Shown in pieces: positions 54,836 through 63,383 of a stretch of DNA of 64,000 bases. A program made the translations under genes and the position numbers. The notes under the pieces are model-generated. The model searched no databases, was not told where the DNA came from, and worked only from the letters and a program-made list of their open reading frames with translations. Source of the stretch: Alphaproteobacteria bacterium (GTDB taxonomy: Bacteria > Pseudomonadota > Alphaproteobacteria > SHVV01); assembly GCA_965261735.1 (NCBI GenBank), contig OZ253470.1, forward strand, positions 2,432,001-2,496,000. Reading direction: 5' to 3'. Each line of letters opens with the position of its first letter. Position 1 is the first letter of the stretch.

Positions 54836-55684
54836 TCATGATGCGATCTGTCTTCCACCGCCCGGCGCGGTGAGGGGCGCAGGCGGTCGCCCTTGTCTGG
54901 GCAAGAAGGGCAAACACAGCACCCGGTCGAGGCGGGCGGAGCGGTTGTCGCGAAAGGCCTCGAGGCCCAGGACTCGCGCACGATCGGCGTTCTCGTTCGA
55001 GCCGCAATACGTTTCGAACATCCGGTCCCACAGCGAAAGCACGATGCCAAAGTTGCTATCGGTTTCGCGCTGTTCTGCGGAATGGTGAACCAGGTGGACG
55101 GCGGGCGTTATCAGCGCCGTCCGGAGCGCTCGGTCAAGCGCGTCCGGTAGTCGGATGTTGGCGTGGGTCAAAACGGAAAATACGCCGGCAATCAGCATGT
55201 ACACCCCAACCGCCACGGGCGGGACGCCGCCCACGAAGACCACCAACAGAAAGCCGCCCGCGCCCACCAGGATCTCGAGCGGATGGTGGCGTTCCGACGT
55301 CGTGAAATCGACATCAACGTCGGCGTGGTGAACCACATGGAATCGCCAGAGGATCGGGACCACATGTAACAACCTGTGCTCAGCGTACTTCCAGACGTCG
55401 AGCAACAGTACGCCGAGGACGATCGTCACCGCCGCCGGTAGCGAGCCGACCGACAGGAGACCGAATCCCTCGTGCGCCGCCGCGTACGCCACCGCAAGCC
55501 CCGAGACCGGCACGATTAGCCGGATACAAAGCTGTCCGATCAGAAAAAGCCCGATGTTGGTGAGCCAGCGTCGGCCCAGGCTTATCGTCGACTGGCGCCA
55601 CGGGGCCACGGTCTCTGCGACCGCGAACGTCACGATAGCGCCGTAGAATGCCAGCATGGCAAGCAACGTCAGCACTTCGGCCAT
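54836..55684 (-). CDS. Sterol desaturase / fatty acid hydroxylase family membrane diiron enzyme
   Basis: His boxes HRLLH, HVVHH, RHHP.E, HAN, HLVHHS and NFG..LSLWDRMFET; ATGA overlap with the exosortase start. Confidence 0.92.
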   Translation of the reverse strand: MAEVLTLLAMLAFYGAIVTFAVAETVAPWRQSTISLGRRWLTNIGLFLIGQLCIRLIVPVSGLAVAYAAAHEGFGLLSVGSLPAAVTIVLGVLLLDVWKYAEHRLLHVVPILWRFHVVHHADVDVDFTTSERHHPLEILVGAGGFLLVVFVGGVPPVAVGVYMLIAGVFSVLTHANIRLPDALDRALRTALITPAVHLVHHSAEQRETDSNFGIVLSLWDRMFETYCGSNENADRARVLGLEAFRDNRSARLDRVLCLPFLPRQGRPPAPLTAPGGGRQIAS

Positions 55685-55764
55685 CGCGCCCTCGTGACCC
55701 CCCTACGAAGGACGAATACCGCTTTTGTGAGCGCTATCGTGCCTCGGATGCGGAGCTAGCCGAA

Positions 55765-55972
55765 CTACCGTTTGCGGCGAATGAGCCAAGCCCCGCCAAT
55801 GACGCTTGCAGCGACCAGGGCGATGAGACCGCCTCCCGCAATTGGCAGCGACGTACCGAGGGGGGGCGCTGAGCGACTGACCCAGCGGGACTGCGTTGCC
55901 GGCCAAGGCGGCCGATATCGTGGTCGCGAGCACGGCCGCGGCCGATCCGCATGAAACGACGAAGCGATGCAT
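55765..55972 (-). CDS. Cryptic 68-aa secreted micropeptide with CTERM-like sorting signal (+1 frameshift in a G7 tract)
   Basis: GGAGGT RBS. Removing one base at 55860-55866 gives MHRFVVSCGSAAAVLATTISAALA-GNAVPLGQSLSAPLGTS-LPIAGGG-LIALVAASVIGGAWLI-RRKR*. Confidence 0.72.
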
Positions 55973-56138
55973 CTTGGACCTCCATCTTCTCGCTGCTTGA
56001 GTGCCTTTGCACTCGTACCCGGTTTGCTTAGCATGGCCGTGACGTGGCGTATGTGATGGGCGTTACACCGCGCCCGGGCCGGAGGACGGCGAGACGGCGG
56101 CCACAATGGGCCGATAGGGCAGCCGTACAGCGCCCGCC

Positions 56139-56537
56139 CTAGTGCATGGAGTCCTCATACTCCTCCTCGGGTACGGGCTGGGTCGTGGGGCCGGCTTGGT
56201 GGTGGACCATTTTCCAGCGCCCGCCCTCGAGCACGAAGATGTTGGTGGCGATCAGGAAGCCGCTGCCGATGTGCTCGTGGCAGATGACGAATGCGCACGC
56301 GCCCTGGAGCAACGCGCGCGCATTGTGGCAGGTAATGGCGGGGGCGCCGCCGCCGCCGAGAATCCGCCGCCAGCTCGCCATCACCTGGTCGCGCCCGGTC
56401 AGCGCGTTCCAGCCGGGATGGATGCAGGCGACGGGGGCCTCCGCGGCCCAGACCGCGTCCATCGCCGCCGAGTCGCGATCGGCGAAGGCCCGGTAGAACG
56501 CCTCGTTGGCAAACAGAACCGCCTCGTGCTCGGCCAT
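56139..56537 (-). CDS. NTF2/SnoaL-like protein
   Basis: ANEAFYRAF, CIHPGW..L.GR, ATNIF, WKMVHHQ motifs. Confidence 0.9.
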   Translation of the reverse strand: MAEHEAVLFANEAFYRAFADRDSAAMDAVWAAEAPVACIHPGWNALTGRDQVMASWRRILGGGGAPAITCHNARALLQGACAFVICHEHIGSGFLIATNIFVLEGGRWKMVHHQAGPTTQPVPEEEYEDSMH

Positions 56538-56761
56538 GCCGGCCCCTCCGTCGCCCGCCCCGCGGTAGCGGCATCCCACTTCGTCCGAGCTGGCGTTGTG
56601 CGCGGATGGTACGCGCGCGCGGCCCTGCCCTCAAGCATGGCCCGCGCCGGCCGCCTCCACTTAAAAGCTTGACAGTAGACACAAGATTTTGGGTATATAC
56701 CGCGTGGCGCTACTAAACATGCCATTGTTAGGTAGCGTAAACGATGAATTGGGGGATTCAA

Positions 56762-57001
56762 ATGCCAGATTGGCTGGATCGGATTAAGAGGGGCGTCGGC
56801 TCGTTGACCGAGCTGGTGCTCTTGTTGGCTGCCTTGGCGATTGTGTTCCAGGTGTTGATCGGCCAAGGGAACATGTGGATCTTTGCCGACGTGATCGGGC
56901 ACCTAATGGACATCATCACCCAGATTGGTGATCGAGGCATCGTTGGCTTGATCGCGGTTGCCGTCGTGCTGTGGCTATTCAGCAGACGAACCATGTCCTA
57001 A
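56762..57001 (+). CDS. Small membrane protein, paralog 1 (79 aa)
   Basis: Hydrophobic helices; aligns end to end with 57257-57496 (MPDWL, QVLIG..NMW, G.VGLIA). Confidence 0.8.
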   Translation: MPDWLDRIKRGVGSLTELVLLLAALAIVFQVLIGQGNMWIFADVIGHLMDIITQIGDRGIVGLIAVAVVLWLFSRRTMS

Positions 57002-57008
57002 GCGTTTT

Positions 57009-57079
57009 CCTCAGCCATCGGAGCAACTCAGAATGGTTGGCTATACCTCTCCCGATCGTTCTGGGTTCTCCGGCTGAGG
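57009..57079 (+). other. Long G-U-rich RNA hairpin between the two paralogs
   Basis: Nested pairings CCTCAGC/GCTGAGG, CGGAG/CTCCG, AACTCAGAAT/GTTCTGGGTT and GGTTGG/CCGATC, with several G-U pairs on the + strand. Confidence 0.65.
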
Positions 57080-57256
57080 TTTCTGCGTAGCGGCCGCCCC
57101 TCTTATTCGTGGGGCGAGTCTAGGTCGGGTTTCATCGGTTACTTTCCGGCCGGCGCCGTCGCAAGGACGTGTTCAGGGTCCGTGGTGCCCTACTTGGGTC
57201 CCCGGTTCGGCGTTATGCACGCCATGGCGGCGTCGACTTGAGATCGGGAGAATTGC

Positions 57257-57496
57257 ATGCCTGACTGGCTCGGCGGGTTTAGGAAAGGGATCGGTTGGAC
57301 GATCGAGATCATCGTTTTGGTGGTGGCTCTCATCGTCGTCCTTCAGATTCTCATCGGCCCGGAAAACATGTGGGTGCTCGCACCCGTCGTCACCAACCTC
57401 ATCGACTTGTTCAACCAGCTCGGCGGAGCCGGTGTGGTCGGCTTGATCGCACTCGCCGCCGTGATCTGGGCCTTCGGTCGGCGGCCCGCAAGCTAA
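57257..57496 (+). CDS. Small membrane protein, paralog 2 (79 aa)
   Basis: GGGAG RBS; same length and motifs as paralog 1. Confidence 0.8.
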   Translation: MPDWLGGFRKGIGWTIEIIVLVVALIVVLQILIGPENMWVLAPVVTNLIDLFNQLGGAGVVGLIALAAVIWAFGRRPAS

Positions 57497-57658
57497 CGCG
57501 AATCGCTCGCCGTCCCTGAGGGCGGCGAGCGATAGCGGGCGGCTTCCGCGGCCCGAACCCGTTCTGATTCTCCTGTGGCTAGGCTGGCCGTCGCCAGTCC
57601 GCGAACCGCGTTCTTAGCGTTCGCGACCGACCGCGCGCCCGTTCGGCCCTGGCCATGT

Positions 57659-57748
57659 TCAACCGATACCCTCGGCTTGGTGGCATGCCACCAAGCGGCC
57701 CTCGAGCGCGCGCAGCTCCGGCCGCACCTCGCGGCACAGCTCGCTCGC
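57659..57748 (-). pseudogene. dppF: 3' end of a peptide ABC transporter ATP-binding subunit
   Basis: Own translation ASELCREVRPELRALEGRLVACHQAEGIG* matches the C..xxP.L...VACH tail of DppF/OppF. Confidence 0.75.
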
Positions 57749-58738
57749 GCTTGGCCTGAATCAACAGATCGTCGAAGGGCTTGTGGCACCACTGCGCCCG
57801 GTTCGAGCCACCGACCGCGTCGCAGCCGAGCAGCACATGTAGGAAGTTGTCGGGATCGCCGTTGTCGCCGGTCCACCCCAGCAGAACGGTCTGGTGCTCG
57901 CCGTCCTTGGAGCGCTTCAGGTACTCCGGCCAGTCGAAGGTGACGATCTTGGCCTTGACGCCCACTTTGGCGAAGTCGGCCTGGATGAGCTCGGCCATAC
58001 GCCGTGCGTTGGGGTTGTAGGGCCGCTGCACCGGCATCGCCCAGATGTCGGTCTCGAAACCGCCACCCAGACCCGCCTCGGTAAGCAGCTGCTTGGCCTT
58101 GGCCGGATCGTAATCGTAGTCGTTGATGGCATTGTTGTAAGACCACATGGTCGGCGGGATCGGCTTCTTGGCCGCCTTCCCGGCACCCTGGAAGACCGCC
58201 TCGATGATGGCCTGTTTGTTGATGGCGTGGTTGAGCGCCCGGCGCACGCGAGCGTCCGTGTACGGCGCCTTCTGGGTGTTGAACGCGAGATAGCCGACGT
58301 TGAGCCCTTCCTGCTCCATCAGGTTGAGGTCGGGGTCCTTGCGCATGGCCGCGATGTCGGCCGGGTTGGGATAAGGCATCACGTGGCACTCGCCGGCCTT
58401 GAGCTTGGCGTAGCGTACCGAGGGATCGGGCGTGATCGCGAACACCAGGTCGTCGATCGGGGCCTTACCGCGCCAATAGCTGGGGTTGGCCTTGTAGCGG
58501 ATGACCGCGTCCTTCTGGTAGTTGACGAGCTGGAAGGGACCGGTGCCGACGGGTTCGAGGTCGACCTTGTTCGGCGTGCCGGCCGCCATCATCTTGTCCG
58601 CGTACTCCGACGAATGGATCGACGCGAAGTCCATGGCCAGATTGGCGATGAAGGGCGCCTCCGGCGCGTTCAAGACGATGCGCACGGTGTAGTCGTCGGA
58701 CTTGTCGACGCTCTTGATGAGGGCCGGCATGCTCATGG
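57749..58738 (-). pseudogene. dppA: Dipeptide ABC transporter substrate-binding protein, truncated at both ends
   Basis: PFIANLAMDFASIHS.EYAD, GTGPF, GLNVGYLAFNT, WAMPVQRPYNPNARRMAELIQ, GWTGDNGDPDNF. The 5' part is cut by the IS and the 3' part is joined to the dppF tail. Confidence 0.9.
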
Positions 58739-59068
58739 CTTGCCTATCCGGTTTACACCCACACCCACTAGGGCTAGAATGGGTGCAACCCGGATATAGG
58801 GGAGCGCGCCATGGATGTTCTCGACCGCGCCGATCTCCCATTCCCGCATTCGCTACCCGAGTTCCAGCGACTTTTCCCCGATGATGCGGCCTGCGCCGCC
58901 TACCTGGAGAAAGCCCGCTGGGGAGACGGCTTTGCCTGCCCGCACTGCGGCACGGCGGGAGAGCCGTTCCACTTTGAAAACCGCCCTGGCGTCCTGCGCT
59001 GCCGCAAGTGCCGCCAGAACACCGGGCTGACGGTGGGAACAGTGATGGAGCGTAGCCACACTCCGCTG
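58739..59068 (+). mobile_element. IS1595-family element, copy 4, truncated (first 330 bp)
   Basis: Left IR and transposase 5' end match copy 1 up to ...CACACTCCGCTG, then unrelated sequence. Confidence 0.93.
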
Positions 59069-59242
59069 CCGGCATTGTCTCCAAGAAAATGGGGTAAGGG
59101 GGCGGTGCCACGGCTTTCAGAACAGGAGGAAGTGGCAGAAACTAGCAAAGATCAGAAGTGGTTCGGACAGCCCAAGGAGGCTTGACCTCCTTCGCTCCAC
59201 TCACGAGAGCTACCGCAGGGTCAGCCCGCCACACCGATCAGG

Positions 59243-59884
59243 TCAGCGAAGGAGGTGCCAGTTGCCGCTCTCGTCGCGGCAGGCATAGACGGGTGACCAT
59301 CCGTCCTCGAGCACGCGGCATTCCGTATGAGCGCTGCCACGTTGGCGCGGCGTCACCCTCGCGGAGCCCGAATGGACGTAGTCGACCGCACCGGCAGGTT
59401 CCGGCGCGCGGACCACCGGGCGCGGCTGGACCACCACCGGGCGCGGCGGCTGGATCACCACCTGTCTCGGTGGCAGCACGATGGGGGCGTACGCCTGCGG
59501 CTGCTGCCACCCGTGATGATAGCGGTCGTGATGCCGGCGGTGGCGCGGTGCCGGCCACGCATGGTGGTAGCCCCGGTTCCCATACCAGCCGTGATGCTGC
59601 CGATGCACCGGGCGATGATGCACCCGCGGCGTGTGATGCTGCTCCGCCAAGTGACGGCCATAGAGGCTGCCCAGCAAGGCGCCGGCGCCGATGGCCGCCA
59701 GCCTGCCTCTGCCTTTGCCGATCTGCGAGCCGATGGCGCCGCCGATGCCGCCGCCCAGCACCATGCCGTTCCACGAGCGCTGGTGATCGGCCTGAACAGA
59801 CGTCGATGCCACGGTCGAGGCGAGCGCAACGGCGGCCGCGAACGCGATCCCACCGCCCAGGTAGCGTCTCCAACTCCTCATCAT
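59243..59884 (-). CDS. Secreted glycine-zipper 2TM protein with His-rich and Pro-rich linker
   Basis: Signal peptide (VQA), G.VLGGGIGGAIGSQIGKGRGRLAA..AGALLG, His/Pro-rich tract, C-terminal CR...ACRDESGNW. Confidence 0.8.
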   Translation of the reverse strand: MMRSWRRYLGGGIAFAAAVALASTVASTSVQADHQRSWNGMVLGGGIGGAIGSQIGKGRGRLAAIGAGALLGSLYGRHLAEQHHTPRVHHRPVHRQHHGWYGNRGYHHAWPAPRHRRHHDRYHHGWQQPQAYAPIVLPPRQVVIQPPRPVVVQPRPVVRAPEPAGAVDYVHSGSARVTPRQRGSAHTECRVLEDGWSPVYACRDESGNWHLLR

Positions 59885-59934
59885 CGTCTTCCTCCGCTTG
59901 CGTTCCCAAGCCGACGAAATGCACTCACAGGGCT

Positions 59935-61290
59935 TTACAGGCGATTGAGGTAGTCGGGCAAGCCGTCGCCGTCCTCGTCCTGGAAGCTGGGCCCCTGGTC
60001 GACCCGCCTGACCCCGCCCCCGGTATCGACGGTCCTCCGGCGGAGAACCATGCCGCGAGAAAGCTCCGCACTCCCGGAAATAAGCTCCGCTACGCTATAT
60101 TTTGGTTTCACATCAACGATTTGCGCAATGCCGACGGACATCTCGATGCGGTCGAGGGGCTCACCCGTATCCGGATCGATCAACTGTTCGCCGAGCACGA
60201 ATACCTCGAACAGGTCGCCCGCGGCGACCGTTTTCCCGCCCCGATTCACGACAAATTGACCGGGTGCCACCACCGCCGTCACCTTCGGCGGATAGATGTT
60301 CTCCGTCAACTCGTCTACCATCGCGGCCGCCACACCCTGCAGCACTGCCGCAGCAGCCGCCTCGGGGTGAATCCTCGCGGGAAACACCCGATCCATCGCG
60401 ATGGACGATGACCATTTGACCTGCCGCGTGGCGGTCGCCAGCACCGTGAATCGGATCTCGGCAAGGCCGACGAGCCGGTTTTTCCGCTCGCCGGTGATCT
60501 CGATCGTCTTGGACTGGTTTTCGACGACCACGCGGTCAATCACGCCATAGAGCAGATAGTCGGCACCCAATACCTTGCCGAGCCGCGCGCGCTCGCCGGG
60601 GCCGGCGTCACTCGACTGCAGAAGCTGCTTCTCGGCCTCATACACATCCGGACGGCTCCGATCGAGCACGCCGAAGCGGCGCCCCTGGGTCAGCAGCGCC
60701 TCGACACTTCCCCGGAACTCGTCCTGGAGATTCCACACATTCTGGACGTCCACGTCGATGCCGACTCGAACGACCCGACCATCGATCCTCTGCAGCCGGC
60801 CGCCGCCGACACCATAGAGGTGAACTTCCTCCATCGGGAAGTCGAGCACTGCGATGCGCCGCCGTTCCATGGGCGGGCCCGGCACCTTGTAGACCGAGTA
60901 GTGGACCCTGAGCGTTGCGCGCGCGCCGCTGCCGTCGCCGGAGATGTCCAGCACGTCGTAGCCCTCGATCTCGCACTCCTGCTTCGCGGTGCTGGCCTGG
61001 ATGCTGCGGTTGATCCAGTCGATCATCCGCACGCCGTCGTCGTCCTCGATCTGCGTCGACTTCACGTCCAGGGTGGAGCTGATGCGGACGCCGCAGATCT
61101 GGAAGGTCGCCTCCTGCAACGCACTCAGGGTGGCAGCCATGTCGTCGGCGCCACTCCCGGCGATCTCGCGCTCCACCCGTTCGCTCTGCGCGTTGGCGGT
61201 GGCGAGAACGAGGACGGACAACGCAAAGACCGCGGCGCTCCCCACCGCCACCAGACGAAGATTCAGGTATCGTCGAGCGAATCCGCTCAT
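59935..61290 (-). CDS. CsgG/HfaB-like periplasmic protein with FlgT-C-like tail
   Basis: Signal peptide (ANA), RIAVLDF, LTQGRRFGVLDR, LGKVLGADYLLYG, VNRG...GD.FEVF..GE.LIDPDTGE.L motifs. Confidence 0.78.
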   Translation of the reverse strand: MSGFARRYLNLRLVAVGSAAVFALSVLVLATANAQSERVEREIAGSGADDMAATLSALQEATFQICGVRISSTLDVKSTQIEDDDGVRMIDWINRSIQASTAKQECEIEGYDVLDISGDGSGARATLRVHYSVYKVPGPPMERRRIAVLDFPMEEVHLYGVGGGRLQRIDGRVVRVGIDVDVQNVWNLQDEFRGSVEALLTQGRRFGVLDRSRPDVYEAEKQLLQSSDAGPGERARLGKVLGADYLLYGVIDRVVVENQSKTIEITGERKNRLVGLAEIRFTVLATATRQVKWSSSIAMDRVFPARIHPEAAAAAVLQGVAAAMVDELTENIYPPKVTAVVAPGQFVVNRGGKTVAAGDLFEVFVLGEQLIDPDTGEPLDRIEMSVGIAQIVDVKPKYSVAELISGSAELSRGMVLRRRTVDTGGGVRRVDQGPSFQDEDGDGLPDYLNRL

Positions 61291-61321
61291 GGCCTTCTCC
61301 CGCCGGCACCCGCCGGCTCGT

Positions 61322-62686
61322 TCAGAAATCCGCCGGGTCCATGAGGTCGCGGCTCTCGGCGGTCCCGCTTGAGACGCTTGTCTTCTGCACCGTCTTCTCC
61401 GCCGGCGGCTGGTGCTTGGGCTTCTTCCCCAGCCCCGCCCGGACCCGGTCTTCCTGGGCCGGCGACCACGAGACCACCACGCCGACCAGCTCATGACCCT
61501 CCAGGTCGGGGTGCGTGCCGGACCACTCCCGCCGAACCTCCAAGCCGGTGAGGCTCACCGTAGAGTTCACCTGCGCCTCTTCCACCACCCTGTCGATGAT
61601 CTTGACCGTCTCTTCGTCGCTCACCGTGCCGTCTGGCGAGACGAGACTGAATTCCTCGGCCTCGGTGCCCTGCTCGCTCACCTTGGTAAAGCGCGTGCTC
61701 GCATTCACGAAGGTCGTCAGGTGCGCGTTGGCGTCGCTCAATGCCTGCTCCATGGCGAAGGCACGGCGCCGGGCCTTCTTGCGTTTGTCGAGGCCTTCGG
61801 GCGACCACGCCCACTGGCCGAACGCGACGATGGTCGGATATCCGTGCTCGTCCCACCAGACGCGGGGGCCGAACTCGTTGACGAGCTCATCGTCGGAGAG
61901 GGCGCCGACCTGATCGGCGATGGGCGTCCGCGCCCGATCGCCGTCCGGCCGCATCGGCCTCCCGGCCGCGACCCGACCGGCCAGCTGCCGCATGTTGGAT
62001 GACACCGCTGCCACCACACCGATCGCCGAGTTGCCTTCGTCGTCGAAGGCCTCGAAGGTCTTGATCGGCATCAGGCCCGCCGCGGACCCGAATGCCTCGA
62101 CAGTCACCTGCCGCACCAGTCGCTCATGGAATGCGACCTTCTTTTGGGGCGGAGTCAGCCTTGCGATCTCGTCCGGGCTCGTGCCGGTCTCCGCGAGCGC
62201 CTTGTCCAGCTTGCGCTCTGCGAGAACCACCGCCTTGGTCGCCACGCGCGAAATCAATTGGTTCGTCGACTCGCCCGTCCGGTAGACGAACTCGCTCTCG
62301 TCGAGATCCTCTTCGAAGTAGTTCCGCAGCAGCCTGCTCGTCGTTCTCGTGCGGATACGCGTGACGTATTCGTTCATCGCCTCGACGAAGGCCTGGGTGT
62401 AGGCGAGGGAGCGGGACTTGCCCCATCGCTTCTCGTCGGTTCCGAGAGAAGCGGTCACGACGCTATCGACGAGAGCGATCTCGCCATCTTCGAAGCGTGC
62501 CTGGAAGCTGCGTCCGACGGGATCGGTCGTCTTCCACTCGTCGATCATGCTCCAGACACGACCGGCGGCGTCCCAGTCCTCCGCCGCGTCGTCCTGCGCC
62601 CCGACGCCGCCGGCAAGCGAGAGCGGGACCGCCAGCGCCAGCGCAGCCAGCAGGGGCCGCCAGGAACGTCCCGCGAGACCGCCCAT
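61322..62686 (-). CDS. Secreted hypothetical protein (Cj0092-like by synteny)
   Basis: Signal peptide (VGA), WGKSRSLAY..A, FGPRV.WDE.G.P.IVAFGQW, GVVVSWSP; position between the LpoB-like and CsgG-like genes. Confidence 0.7.
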   Translation of the reverse strand: MGGLAGRSWRPLLAALALAVPLSLAGGVGAQDDAAEDWDAAGRVWSMIDEWKTTDPVGRSFQARFEDGEIALVDSVVTASLGTDEKRWGKSRSLAYTQAFVEAMNEYVTRIRTRTTSRLLRNYFEEDLDESEFVYRTGESTNQLISRVATKAVVLAERKLDKALAETGTSPDEIARLTPPQKKVAFHERLVRQVTVEAFGSAAGLMPIKTFEAFDDEGNSAIGVVAAVSSNMRQLAGRVAAGRPMRPDGDRARTPIADQVGALSDDELVNEFGPRVWWDEHGYPTIVAFGQWAWSPEGLDKRKKARRRAFAMEQALSDANAHLTTFVNASTRFTKVSEQGTEAEEFSLVSPDGTVSDEETVKIIDRVVEEAQVNSTVSLTGLEVRREWSGTHPDLEGHELVGVVVSWSPAQEDRVRAGLGKKPKHQPPAEKTVQKTSVSSGTAESRDLMDPADF

Positions 62687-62712
62687 GCCTCCCTCCTCAG
62701 TCCTGCGAAGGC

Positions 62713-63372
62713 TCACGATTCCCAGGAGAACGAGCTGTTACTGCCCAGCTTGGCGATCACCTCCTCGAACTCCCAGTAGGCGAGCCCGGTCTCGATGTTG
62801 GTCGCGGTGAGCTGGAAGTAGTAGTCGACCTGCTGCTTGCCGCCGACCCGGTTGGTGCGCTGGATGATCTTGCCCGAGAGGCTGAGGTCGGGCGCCACCA
62901 TGGTGCCGCGCTTGGCCACCGTATCCTGGTTGAACAGGTCCGACTCTTCGAGCTCCCGCACCTGGGCGCTCATGCTGTCCTCCGGCCCGCCCGCGGCGAC
63001 CGCCGTCGTGGTGACCACGCGCCCGCTGTACAGCAGGGCGATGCGGATCTTCTTGACCAGTTGATCGGTGTCGATGTTCAGCGTCGTGTCGTTGATGATA
63101 CGGCTGATCGCCATGATCCAGGGCGCATTGGTGCCGGGCTTTTGCGACAACGGGCTGCTCAGGAACGAATCGACCGCCTGCTTGGCGGAATATTCGAAGT
63201 CGCGGTAGTCCAGGCCGAAGGTGGTGTCCCCACCGGTCGCCGGCCGCGAGGAATAGGCGGGGTCGGTCAGGCTCACGACCTTCGTGCCGCCGCAGCCGAT
63301 CGGGCCCGCCACCGCCACGACACAGATGGTCAGGGTCACCAGGAAGCGCTTGCCAACGGCCATAGCGTTCAT
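62713..63372 (-). CDS. lpoB: LpoB-like lipoprotein (COG3417-type)
   Basis: Lipobox-like PIG-C, GLDYRDFE, IINDT..IDTDQLVKKIR..LL.SG, PDLSLSGKI, DYYFQL...TGLAYWE motifs. True LpoB function is not established here. Confidence 0.8.
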   Translation of the reverse strand: MNAMAVGKRFLVTLTICVVAVAGPIGCGGTKVVSLTDPAYSSRPATGGDTTFGLDYRDFEYSAKQAVDSFLSSPLSQKPGTNAPWIMAISRIINDTTLNIDTDQLVKKIRIALLYSGRVVTTTAVAAGGPEDSMSAQVRELEESDLFNQDTVAKRGTMVAPDLSLSGKIIQRTNRVGGKQQVDYYFQLTATNIETGLAYWEFEEVIAKLGSNSSFSWES

Positions 63373-63383
63373 GACGTCACTCC

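Larger units (their letters stand above)
51928..54839 (-). pseudogene. Exosortase fused to an EpsI-like periplasmic domain, split by IS256
   Basis: Multi-TM protein with exosortase triad C (VVDSCAGL), R (NAIRV), H (LTHSYFQW). Removing the IS and one TSD restores DYVHGTQLELTHSYF. C-terminal LP..LAGWQ...WAP...SY EpsI-like region. Confidence 0.85.

Noticed and set aside
59069-59240. Sequence after the truncated IS (starts CCGGCATTGT; AAGGAGG/CCTCCTT hairpin at 59174-59192) as a nested IS end or sRNA
   Set aside because: No matching second end, TSD or transposase found; cannot be supported without a search.
59935-61290. Curli secretion system
   Set aside because: Only a CsgG-like domain is present; no csgA/B/E/F, and the gene context differs.
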